32,000 bases of DNA from NCBI RefSeq assembly GCF_018389705.1, contig NZ_CP065581.1, forward strand, positions 780,001 through 812,000. The letters run 5' to 3'. The position numbers and the translations under genes were made by a program. The DNA comes from Mycoplasma mycoides subsp. capri (GTDB taxonomy: Bacteria > Bacillota_I > Bacilli_A > Mycoplasmatales > Mycoplasmataceae). Shown here one piece after another: positions 22,462-31,423 of this stretch. Positions within the stretch are counted from its first letter, which is position 1. Each line of letters starts with the position of its first letter. Under the pieces are notes generated by a model. That model searched no databases. It was not told the DNA's origin and worked only from the letters and a program-made list of their open reading frames with translations.

Positions 22462-24291
22462 ATGAATAATCAAAAAATAATAAATATTGCTGTTATTGCT
22501 CACGTTGATGCTGGTAAATCTACACTTGTTGATGCTTTATTAAAGCAAAGTGGGGTTTTTAGACAAAATCAAGAAGTAATTGAACAAGTTATGGATTCAA
22601 ATGATCAAGAAAGAGAAAGAGGAATTACAATTTATTCTAAAAACTGTTCTATTACTTATAAAGATTACAAAATTAATATAGTAGATACTCCAGGTCATGC
22701 TGATTTTTCTAGTGAAGTTGAAAGAATTATGAAAACAGTTGACACTGTAATTTTATTAGTTGATTCAAGCTAAGGACCAATGCCTCAAACTAGATTTGTT
22801 TTACAAAAAGCTTTAGAAATTGGATTAAACCCAATCTTATTTATTAATAAAATAGATAAAAAAGATCAAAGAAGTTTAGAAGTAGTTGAAGAAGTAATTG
22901 AACTATTTTTAGAACTAAATGCAACAGATGAACAACTTGATTTTAAAACTTTATATGGAATTGCAAAAAACGGAATTGCTCAATATAGTTTAGAAGAACA
23001 AAGTAATGATTTAACACCTTTATTTGAAACTATTATTAATCAAGTTGGATCATATCCAATTGAACTATCAAATAATGATTTAGTGATGCAAGTTTCAAGT
23101 TTAGCTTATGATAGTTTTATTGGAAGAATTGGAATTGGAAGAATTTTTGAAGGAAGCATTAAAGAAAATCAAATCGTAAGTATTGTTAAAAATGATAGAA
23201 CTGTTAAGCAAGGAAAAATTGCAAAATTAATGGTTTATCAAGGATTAAATAGAGTTCAAGTTAAACAAGCATTTGCTGGAGATATTATTACATTTGCTGG
23301 AATTGAAGATATTTCAATTGGAGATACTATTAATAATTTAAATGTTATTAAACCATTAAAACCAATTCATATTGAGGAACCAACAATGTCTATGAACTTT
23401 TTAGTAAATACTTCACCATTTGCTGGAAGAGTTGGTAAATTTGTTACTTCAAGAAATATTAAAGAACGTTTAGAAAAAGAAGTTGAAGTTAATGTTGGTT
23501 TAAGAATTGAACCTTTGATTAATTCTGAAATTGAAGGATTTAAAGTTTTAGGACGTGGAGAATTACATATTTCAGTTTTAATTGAAGCAATGAGAAGAGA
23601 AGGTTTTGAATTAGCAATTTCAAAACCAGAAGTAATTTTTCAACGCAATCCAATGACTGGAGATTTATTAGAACCAATTGAAAAAGTAATTATTAATACA
23701 CCAACTGAATATTCTGGAACTATTATTAACAAATTAAATCAAAGAAAAGGAATTATGTTAGATATGGATTCTGATGGTATTAGAGATAAAATTACTTATT
23801 CTATACCATTAAGAGGTTTAATTGGATTTAGATCAGAATTTACAAATGATACTCATGGTGAAGGTATTATGGTTAAAAGCAGTAGTGGATATGAACTATA
23901 TAAAGGTGAAATTGTCTCAAGACAAAATGGAGTATTAGTATCAATGGCAAATGGTAAAAGTTTACCTTATGCTTTAAATAATCTTGAAGAACGTGGAATT
24001 TTATTTATAGGTCCTCAAGTTGATGTTTATGAAGGAATGATTATTGGTCAACATTCAAGAGATAATGATTTATATGTAAATCCAACAACAGCAAAAAAAT
24101 TAACTAATACTAGAGCTAGTGGGACTGATGATGCTGTTAAATTAACACCAGCTAGAAAAATGAGTCTAGAAGAAGCTTTAGAATATATTTCAAATGATGA
24201 GTTAGTTGAAATTACTCCAACAGATATTAGATTAAGAAAACGTTGATTAACTCAAGCAGAACAAAAACAACACAGAAACGATAAATATTAG
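22462..24291 (+). pseudogene. typA: GTP-binding translation factor TypA/BipA interrupted by one in-frame TAA (609 codons if read through)
   Basis: GAGGTG RBS, then ATG 22462: [27 protein letters not shown]...[32 protein letters not shown](22771..22773)-GPMPQTRFVLQKALEIGLNPILFINKIDK... Both halves are in the same frame (track ORFs 22438..22773 and 22780..24246). The tail reads past TGA to TAG 24289..24291. Confidence 0.85.
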
Positions 24292-24294
24292 TTT

Positions 24295-25554
24295 CTAGTG
24301 TTGTTTTTTTAATTTACAAATATAAAATCCATCGGTATTTTCTTCAAAACCAAAAATTTGTTGTTCATAAAGTTTAATCATATCTTTATGCTTATTTAAA
24401 AACTTATTAATTTGATTTTGATTTTCATCTTGATTAATTGTACAAGTTGAATAAACCATTTCACCGTTGTTTTTTAAATTATAATAAGCTGATTCTAGTA
24501 ATTCTTCTTGTAGATTAATAATGCTATTTACTTGGGTTTGATCAAATCTTAATTTAATTTCTGGCTTTCTTTTAAACACTCCAAACCCTGAACAAGGAGC
24601 ATCTAATAAAATATAATCAAACTCTTGTTTTTGTTTAATTTTTCTAGCATCCATATTAATTACACTAATATTTAAACAATTTAAACGAGTAATATTTTCT
24701 TTAATTAATTTAATTTTTGATTCATTTATTTCATTTGCAACAATATTTCCAGTGTTTTTTAAAATCATTGATAAATGAGTAAGTTTACCACCAGGTGCAC
24801 TACACATATCTAAAACTTTTGTATTTAAACTTGGATTTAAAATTTGACTAACTAAAATTGAAGCTTTATCTTGAATAGTTATAAAACCATTTTTATACAA
24901 ATCAGAATTAATAATTGTTTTATTTGCAATTAAACAGTCATTAACATTAGTTTTTTCTAATAAATAAATGTCTTTATATTTATTAAAAAGTTGGTCAGAT
25001 GTAATTTTTAAAGTATTTACTCTAATATATAGTTTTGGTATTTGGTGATTATTAACAACTATTTGATTAACAATTTCTTTATCATATTGTTTAATTAGCA
25101 TTAAATAAAGTTCATAAGAAAAAGAGTGAAGTATGCATAATTCCAAGTCTTTATTATCTAAATTAATTTCTAAATATTTATCTTTAAATCTTAAAAACTT
25201 ATTTAAAATAGCATTAATAAAATTAGCTTGTTTTTGACTAGTAGTTTTTATTAAATTTACACTTTCATTAACAATAGCATAATTTGGAATACTATTTAAA
25301 TAAATCATTTGATATAAACTAATTAATAAAATAATTTGCAAATCAATTGAAGTTTTTTTAACATCAATCAATTTAGCTAATAAATAATCTAAATGAATTT
25401 TATTACTAATAACTCCATGCACTAAATTAAATACAAAATCTTTATCTTGCTGATTTAAATTTTTTTTACTAATTTTATTTAATAAAACATTTGAATAAGC
25501 TTTATTAACAAAAACTTTTTTTAAAATATCAAAAGCAATAGATCTAGAATTCAT
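24295..25554 (-). CDS. rsmB: 16S rRNA (cytosine967-C5)-methyltransferase RsmB/Sun (419 aa from ATG 25554)
   Basis: A NusB-like N-terminus (MNSRSIAFDILKKVFVNKAYSNVLL) is followed by a SAM methyltransferase core with LDMCSAPGGK, LLDAPCSG and YSTCT motifs. The track's upstream GTG at 25581 is less likely than ATG 25554. Confidence 0.85.
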   Translation of the reverse strand: MNSRSIAFDILKKVFVNKAYSNVLLNKISKKNLNQQDKDFVFNLVHGVISNKIHLDYLLAKLIDVKKTSIDLQIILLISLYQMIYLNSIPNYAIVNESVNLIKTTSQKQANFINAILNKFLRFKDKYLEINLDNKDLELCILHSFSYELYLMLIKQYDKEIVNQIVVNNHQIPKLYIRVNTLKITSDQLFNKYKDIYLLEKTNVNDCLIANKTIINSDLYKNGFITIQDKASILVSQILNPSLNTKVLDMCSAPGGKLTHLSMILKNTGNIVANEINESKIKLIKENITRLNCLNISVINMDARKIKQKQEFDYILLDAPCSGFGVFKRKPEIKLRFDQTQVNSIINLQEELLESAYYNLKNNGEMVYSTCTINQDENQNQINKFLNKHKDMIKLYEQQIFGFEENTDGFYICKLKKQH

Positions 25555-26437
25555 CGTTATTATAATGTTTTTGTTCAACACTAAAGAAATTAATTTTAAA
25601 CATTAATTTTTGAATTTTAAAATCAACAAAATCTTTATCTAGTAATTTAGAAAAATCACCATGTCCTAAAACTTTATGATATACCTTTTTAGTTAATAAT
25701 TTAATTAAATAAGTTTCAGCATCAAAGTTTTTAGCTTTATTTTTTTCTTCTTCATTTTTAGCTAATAATTTAACATTAGTTTCTCAATTATTAACAAAAT
25801 ACATATATTTTTCTTTAACAATTTGTTCAACAATTTGTTCTAATCTTTCATATACAGTTGGAGTTTTTATATCAGTTAAACCTTCTAAATGTAAAACATC
25901 AGTAATTTTAGCAACAGCATTAGCTACATTATCATTTTCAATTACATACTGATAATTGTGTTTTAAAGGAATTTCTAATAAAGCTTTATCTAGTCGTGCT
26001 TTTATTTTTTCTTCATCTTCAGTTTGTCTTCCTCTAATTCTATTAGCTAATTCAGTTAGATTTGGAGGCATTAAAAAAATAGATAAAACATTTGCTTCTT
26101 TATTTAAAACTTGAGTAGCCCCATCTACTTCAATTTCTAAAATAACATTATTACCCTTTTTTAATTCTTGTTCAACATATTTTCTAGGAGTACCATAAGA
26201 ATTACCAACAAAATGTGCATACTCAATTAATTCATCATTAACAATGGCCTTTGCAAATTCTTCATTTGAAACAAAAAAATAGTTTACTCCATTAATTTCA
26301 CCATTTCTAGGTTTTCTGGTTGTCATTGAAACTGAATATTTCAAACGTAGATCTGGATTTTGTAAAAGTTCTCCATTAACTGAACCTTTACCAACTCCAC
26401 TTGGTCCTGAAATTATGATCATTTTACCTTTTTTCAT
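25544..26437 (-). CDS. gmk: Guanylate kinase with a C-terminal extension of about 80 aa (297 aa)
   Basis: Track ORF 25784..26437 carries a P-loop (GPSGVGKG) and the Gmk core. The TGA at 25784..25786 is Trp under code 4. The frame continues WETNVKLLAKNEEEKNKAKNFDAETYLIKLLTKKVYHKVLGHGDFSKLLDKDFVDFKIQKLMFKINFFSVEQKHYNNDEF to TAG 25544..25546, overlapping the rsmB start by 11 nt. Confidence 0.85.
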
Positions 26438-26439
26438 TT

Positions 26440-26997
26440 TTACTTTTCCAATCTAAATATGTATAAATATTTTTTGTTATAGTCTTTAAATTTTAATAGA
26501 CTTAAATCTTTAATTTTAGTTAAATCTAATTTTTGGTTTGTTTCACTAATTATAATTGCTCAATCATTTAATAAATTATTATTGATTAAAAAATCAAAAA
26601 CTACATAATAATATTCTATTTGTTTAAAAGGTGGATCTAAATATACTAGATCTACTTTTTGATGTTGAATTTTTAATAAATTTAATAATTCTAAATAATC
26701 TTTTTGATATAAAACATAATCACTAGTTGGAATTTTTTTTAAATTAAAAGAAATAATCTTATTAGCATCTTTATTTAAATCATTAATAATAGCAAATTTA
26801 ATTCCTCTACTTAATCCTTCAATAGATAAAGAACCAGAACCACCAAATAAATCTAAACTTGTTTTATTTTCAAAAATAAAATAATTACTAATTATATTAA
26901 ACATATCTTCTTTAATTCTTGTTAAAGTTGGTCTTGTTATTGATGAGTCTAAAGTTTGTAGTTTCATCTTTTTATACTTACCAGAAATTATATGCAT
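26440..26997 (-). CDS. rsmD: 16S rRNA (guanine966-N2)-methyltransferase RsmD (185 aa)
   Basis: MHIISGKYKKMKLQTLDSSITRPTLTRIKEDMFNII...LDLFGGSGSLSIEGLSRG...VYLDPPF matches RsmD motifs. ATG 26997 has a GGAG 5 nt upstream. The gene reads past TGA to TAA 26440..26442, 2 nt before the gmk ATG. Confidence 0.8.
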
Positions 26998-27039
26998 AAT
27001 TACTCCAATCATTTATATTTAATTATAACAAATCTATTT

Positions 27040-27048
27040 TGCTATAAT
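27040..27048 (+). promoter_or_regulatory. Extended -10 promoter element (TGcTATAAT) for def
   Basis: tgctataat lies 23 nt upstream of the def ATG, and an AATGGAG RBS follows. Confidence 0.35.
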
Positions 27049-27070
27049 ATGGATGTAATGGAGCATAAAT

Positions 27071-27673
27071 ATGGATAAAAGTTATTTGTTACAAGATCAA
27101 ATTCCTTCAAATAGTTGATTAGTTAAAGATCATAAAAAAGAAATTATAAGAACAAAATCTACTAAAATTATTGACCCTACAAATTTAAGTAATGATGAAG
27201 AATTAGTATTAAAAAAACTAATTGATTTTGTTACTTTTAGTCAAGATGAAAATAATAACAATATAAATAATAAAGACTATTTACGTCCAGCTGTTGGACT
27301 AGCAGCTCCACAAATTGGTGTTAATAAAGATATGTTTTATGTAAGATTTCAACTTGATAATAATAAAATAGAACAATATGCAATGATTAATACAAAACTA
27401 ATTTCAACTTCAACTCAAATTGCTTGTTTAAAAAATGGTGAGGGTTGTTTAAGTGTTGATAATGATCATCTAGGTTTTGTACCAAGACATTATAAAATTG
27501 TTGTTCAAGGTTATGATTGACTAACTAAACAATATCTAACTTTAACTTTAAGAAACTATCAAGCAATAGTTTTTCAACATGAAATGGATCATAACATTGG
27601 TGTTCTTTATTATGACCATATTAATAAAACTGACCCTTTATATAAAGATAATAGTTGAATTATTATTGAATAA
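27071..27673 (+). CDS. def: Peptide deformylase (200 aa)
   Basis: All three motifs are present: [13 protein letters not shown] and QHEMDH. Track ORF 27332..27520 is in frame with ATG 27071. Three TGA (Trp) codons occur, and the stop is TAA 27671..27673. Confidence 0.9.
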
Positions 27674-27694
27674 TTTAAAATTATTGTCTTTTAC

Positions 27695-27723
27695 TTGCAT
27701 TAAATTAGATGAATATATATAAT
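27695..27723 (+). promoter_or_regulatory. Sigma-70-type promoter of the infC-rpmI-rplT operon
   Basis: TTGCAT (27695..27700), a 17-nt spacer, then TATAAT (27718..27723). Confidence 0.5.
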
Positions 27724-27729
27724 ATTAAC

Positions 27730-27848
27730 GTTTAAGAAAGAAGCACGTGCTCACCATTAGCTATTAGTGAAATGGTAATAACTTTTTTTATTTTAGTTAT
27801 ATGCAAAAAATGTGCTTTCTAATTCTTTAATGGCACATTTTTTTATTT
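27730..27848 (+). promoter_or_regulatory. Candidate L20 ribosomal-protein leader / transcription attenuator
   Basis: A structured 5' UTR contains a terminator-like hairpin AAAAAATGTGC-N17-GCACATTTTTT (27805..27843) plus a T-run, just before the infC RBS AAGGAGA. The upstream segment AGAAAGAAGCAC (27735..27746) can pair with GTGCTTTCT (27812..27820) as a competing structure. Confidence 0.4.
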
Positions 27849-27861
27849 TAAGGAGAACTGG

Positions 27862-28407
27862 ATGGAAAACAGAAACAGAAATTCAAGACCAATAAAAAAT
27901 CAAGATCCTATTAATGAGTTTATAAGAGCTCACCAAGTACTAGTTATTGATGAAGACAAGCAAAATTTAGGAGTTATGTCAAAAAGACAAGCTTTAGAAA
28001 TAGCAAGATCAAAAAACTTAGACTTATATCAAGTTGGAGTACAACCTGATGGTACTGTAATTACTAGAATTGTAAATTTTGGTAAATTAAAATATGAACA
28101 ACAAAAAAAATCTAAAGAAGCTAAAAAACACCAAACTAAAATTGAAAACAAAGAAATTAGAATTACAGTTAATATTGGAAAACACGATTTAGAAACAAAA
28201 GCAAGAAAAGCAAAAGAATTCTTAGAAGAAGGTAGTCGTGTTAAAGTTTCTTTGAAATTTAGAGGTAGAGAAGTTGTATATCTTGATTTAGGACAACAAA
28301 CACTAAACAATTTTTTTGAACTAGTTAGTGATGTTGGTAAAATGGAAAAAGAAGCTAAGTTAAATGGTAAATTCCTAGATATGTATATTGTGCCTAAGAA
28401 AAATTAG
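27862..28407 (+). CDS. infC: Translation initiation factor IF-3 (181 aa)
   Basis: Track ORF: ...INEFIRAHQVLVIDEDKQNLGVMSKRQALEIARSKNLDLYQV... plus the C-terminal domain KEIRITVNIGKHDLETKARKAKEFLEEGSRVKVSLKFRGRE. ATG start with an AAGGAGA RBS. Confidence 0.95.
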   Translation: MENRNRNSRPIKNQDPINEFIRAHQVLVIDEDKQNLGVMSKRQALEIARSKNLDLYQVGVQPDGTVITRIVNFGKLKYEQQKKSKEAKKHQTKIENKEIRITVNIGKHDLETKARKAKEFLEEGSRVKVSLKFRGREVVYLDLGQQTLNNFFELVSDVGKMEKEAKLNGKFLDMYIVPKKN

Positions 28408-28432
28408 TTAAGAACAAAGGAGATATTAGATT

Positions 28433-28624
28433 ATGCCAAAAATGAAAACTAAAAAGTCTTTAGCTAAACGTGTTACTGTTAAATCAAATGGAACACTAAA
28501 AAGAGCTAAAGCTTATAGATCACACCGTGCAACAGGTAAAACTACTAAGCAAAAAAGACAACTAAGTAAAGCAACAATTATTAGCAAAGTAGATATGAAA
28601 AATCTAAAAGGACTTTTACAATAA
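28433..28624 (+). CDS. rpmI: 50S ribosomal protein L35 (63 aa)
   Basis: [44 protein letters not shown], with an AAGGAGA RBS. Confidence 0.95.
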
Positions 28625-28642
28625 TAGGAAGGTAATAAGAAT

Positions 28643-29002
28643 ATGGCAAGAGTTAAATATGGAAAAGTAACTAGAGCAAGAAGAAAACGTTGAATTAAAC
28701 TTGCTAAAGGTTATTTTGGAACTAAAAAATCATCATATAAAAAAGCACACGAACAAGTAATTCGTTCAATGGCTTATGCATTTATTGGTCGTAAAGAAAG
28801 AAAACGTGATTTTAGATCATTATGAATTGTTCGTATTAATGCTGCAGTTAGACCAGAAGGTTTATCATATTCAACATTTATGCACGGTTTAAAATTAGCT
28901 AACATTAATATTAATAGAAAAATGCTTTCAGAATTAGCTATTAATAATAGTGAAGAATTCAAACAAATTGTTCAACAAGCTAAAAAAGCTTTAAATAAAT
29001 AA
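28643..29002 (+). CDS. rplT: 50S ribosomal protein L20 (119 aa)
   Basis: From ATG 28643: [68 protein letters not shown]... It contains two TGA (Trp) codons and ends at TAA 29000..29002. Confidence 0.95.
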
Positions 29003-29005
29003 TTT

Positions 29006-29030
29006 AATCTCTCTTTTGAGAGATTTTTTT
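29006..29030 (+). terminator. Intrinsic terminator after rplT
   Basis: AATCTCTC-tttt-GAGAGATT followed by TTTTT. Confidence 0.85.
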
Positions 29031-29195
29031 AACTAAATCAGTATTTTATAAAGCTAAGAAAAAAGCAATTTAGCATTGATTTATACTTTAAAAATATTTA
29101 TTATTTAATATTGGCAAAAACTTTTTAGGCTATCTTTTAATAGTAAAATTAATATAATGTAAAACGAAATTTAGAACAAAAAAAGGAGGACAAAC

Positions 29196-29312
29196 ATGCT
29201 AAAAATAATCGATCAACCAATTAAATTTTTGACATCTTGATTAGAAATTATGTTTGTTCTTTCTGAAATTAATGAAATTGTTTTAGAAACTGAGAGTCTC
29301 TCCCTTAAGTAG
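29196..29312 (+). CDS. Unannotated 38-codon sORF upstream of potA (possible leader peptide)
   Basis: AAAAAGGAGGA (29180..29190) lies 5 nt before ATG 29196 and is the strongest SD in the window. The product is MLKIIDQPIKFLTSWLEIMFVLSEINEIVLETESLSLK, ending at TAG 29310..29312. A possible -10 TATAAT sits at 29153..29158. I recognise no homology. Confidence 0.3.
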
Positions 29313-29337
29313 AAGTCTAACGACTTCTTTTGTTGTT
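29311..29337 (+). terminator. Terminator-like hairpin between the sORF and potA (candidate attenuator)
   Basis: AGAAGTC-taac-GACTTCT (29311..29328) followed by TTTGTTGTT. The 5' arm overlaps the sORF stop codon, and potA starts 39 nt later. Confidence 0.45.
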
Positions 29338-29375
29338 AAAATTCTAATCTTTTTTACAATAAATTAAGGAGAAAA

Positions 29376-30431
29376 ATGGAAAATAATATATTAGAGTTAA
29401 GAAACGTTACTAAAGAATATGACGGTCAAGTTGTATTAAAAGGTATCAGTTTTAATGTTAAAGAAGGTGAGTTTATCACCCTTTTAGGTCCATCTGGTTG
29501 TGGTAAAACTACAATTTTAAAAATTATTGGTGGATCACAAAAACCAAATAGTGGAGAAATTTTATTTGAAGATAAAAATTTAATTCCAATTCCAATTAAT
29601 AAGCGTCAATTTAATACTATATTTCAATCATATGCTTTATTTCCACATTTAAATGTTTTTGATAATGTGGCTTTTGGTTTAACTATTAAAAAAACTAAAA
29701 AAGATATTATTGAACGTGAAGTAATGCGTCAAATTCGCCAAGTTGGTTTAGAAGGATATGAAAACAAAAAAATAGATGAACTTTCTGGTGGTCAAAAACA
29801 AAGAGTAGCAATTGCTAGAGCTTTAGTTATGAAACCAAAAGTTCTATTATTAGATGAGCCAATGGCTGCTTTAGATGTTAAATTAAGAAAAACTATGCAA
29901 GAAGAATTAAAGCGCTTACAACAAGATATTGGCATTACTTTTATAATGGTAAGTCATGATCAAGAAGAAGCTTTAAGTATGAGTGATCGTATAGTTGTTA
30001 TGAACCAAGGTACAATTCAACAAATAGGAACACCTGAAGAAATTTATAATGAACCAGAAAATGCTTGAGTTGCTAACTTTATTGGTAGTTCAAATATTAT
30101 TACTGATGGAATCTTTTTAGAAGATAATAAAATTAAATTTGATGGTAAAGTTTTTGAATGTATTGATACTAACTTTGGTGAAAATGAATCATCAATTGAT
30201 ATTATTATTAGACCTGAAGATATTATTATTAAAAACCCAAATAACGGATTTTTTAATGCAAAAGTTATTAAAACAACATTTAAAGGAATTCATTGAGAAG
30301 TAGTTGTTGAAACTAGTAAAAAAAGACAATGAATTATTCATACAATTAATGAATATGATATTGATCAACAAGTTTCAATTAAATGAAAACCAGCCAATGT
30401 TCATGTTATGTGAAAAGAGGTTGATAATTAA
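29376..30431 (+). CDS. potA: Spermidine/putrescine ABC transporter ATP-binding protein (351 aa)
   Basis: Walker [10 protein letters not shown], signature LSGGQKQR and Walker B LLLDEP are present. Track ORF 29376..30068 continues through TGA codons (the TOBE-like C-terminal domain) to TAA 30429..30431, which overlaps the potB ATG (TAATG). Confidence 0.95.
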
Positions 30432-31423
30432 TGGAATCTAAAAATCTAAAAGATAATAATGTAATTGAAAATAAGATTATCAATCAAGATGAATTAGAAC
30501 ATGTTATTGAAACTATTGAAAAACAAAAAAAACGTGAATCAGCTAGATTAAAAGTTAAAGACGTTAATCATTATTTATCAAAAACAAAACTATTTCATTT
30601 TACAAAAGACAAAGTATGACCAATTTTAGCACCATTTATTTTAGTAATGGTGATTTTAGTGATTCTTCCTTTAGTTTCAATCTTGATTTATGCTTTTATT
30701 CAACCAGCAGATGGGATTACATTATTTAAAATTTCTTTTGAAAAATTTGTAAAGTTATTTACAAGTAATGGTATTTTATATTCATTATTTTTATCTATTT
30801 TATATGCAATTGTTGCTGGAATGTTATGTGTTTTAATTGGATATCCAATTGCTTTAATGATGGCACAAATGAAATCAAAAATTCTAGCAAGAAACATGTG
30901 AGTAATTGTAACAATGCCTATGTGAATTTCTATGCTTTTAAAAGTATTAGGATTACAAACTTTATTTTACTTATTAGCTGATTTTGCAATAGGAACACCA
31001 ATTGCAATTATTATTGGTATGACTTATATGTTTTTACCTTTTGCAATTGCTCCAATTTATGATTCACTAGAGTCAAGACAAACTGATTTAGAAGAAGCTG
31101 CTTTAGATTTAGGAGCTTCAAAATTTAGAACATTTTGATCTATTACTTTAAGATCATCTATGCCTGGAGTATTAACTGCTTTTAGTTTAGTTTTAGTTCA
31201 AGCTGCTACTAGTTTGATTGTTGTTCATTATATGGGTGGAGGACGAATTTATTTAGTTTCTGCTGCTATTGAATCTTATTTTTTCCAAGGAAATGACTTT
31301 GGATATGGTGCTGCTGTTTCAGTAGTTTTAGCTATTTTAGTATTTGGTTTAATGCTTGTTATGAAACTAATTAGTAATAAATTTGAAATGAAAGGAAATA
31401 AAAGAAAATGAAAAAACTCTTAA
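30431..31423 (+). CDS. potB: Spermidine/putrescine ABC transporter permease (330 aa) with a charged N-terminal extension of about 60 aa
   Basis: Four track fragments (30431.., 30647.., 30932.., 31160..) share one frame and are joined by TGA codons. An EAA-type loop ([17 protein letters not shown]) is present. Under code 4 the gene reads past TGA 31409 to TAA 31421..31423. Confidence 0.9.

Noticed and set aside
25544-25786. The Gmk C-terminal extension might be a fused RNA polymerase omega subunit, since rpoZ follows gmk in many Firmicutes.
   Set aside because: I cannot find the omega-like N-terminal helix pattern or the conserved Arg-Ala-Arg region in the extension. The idea rests on synteny alone and would need a profile or structure comparison.
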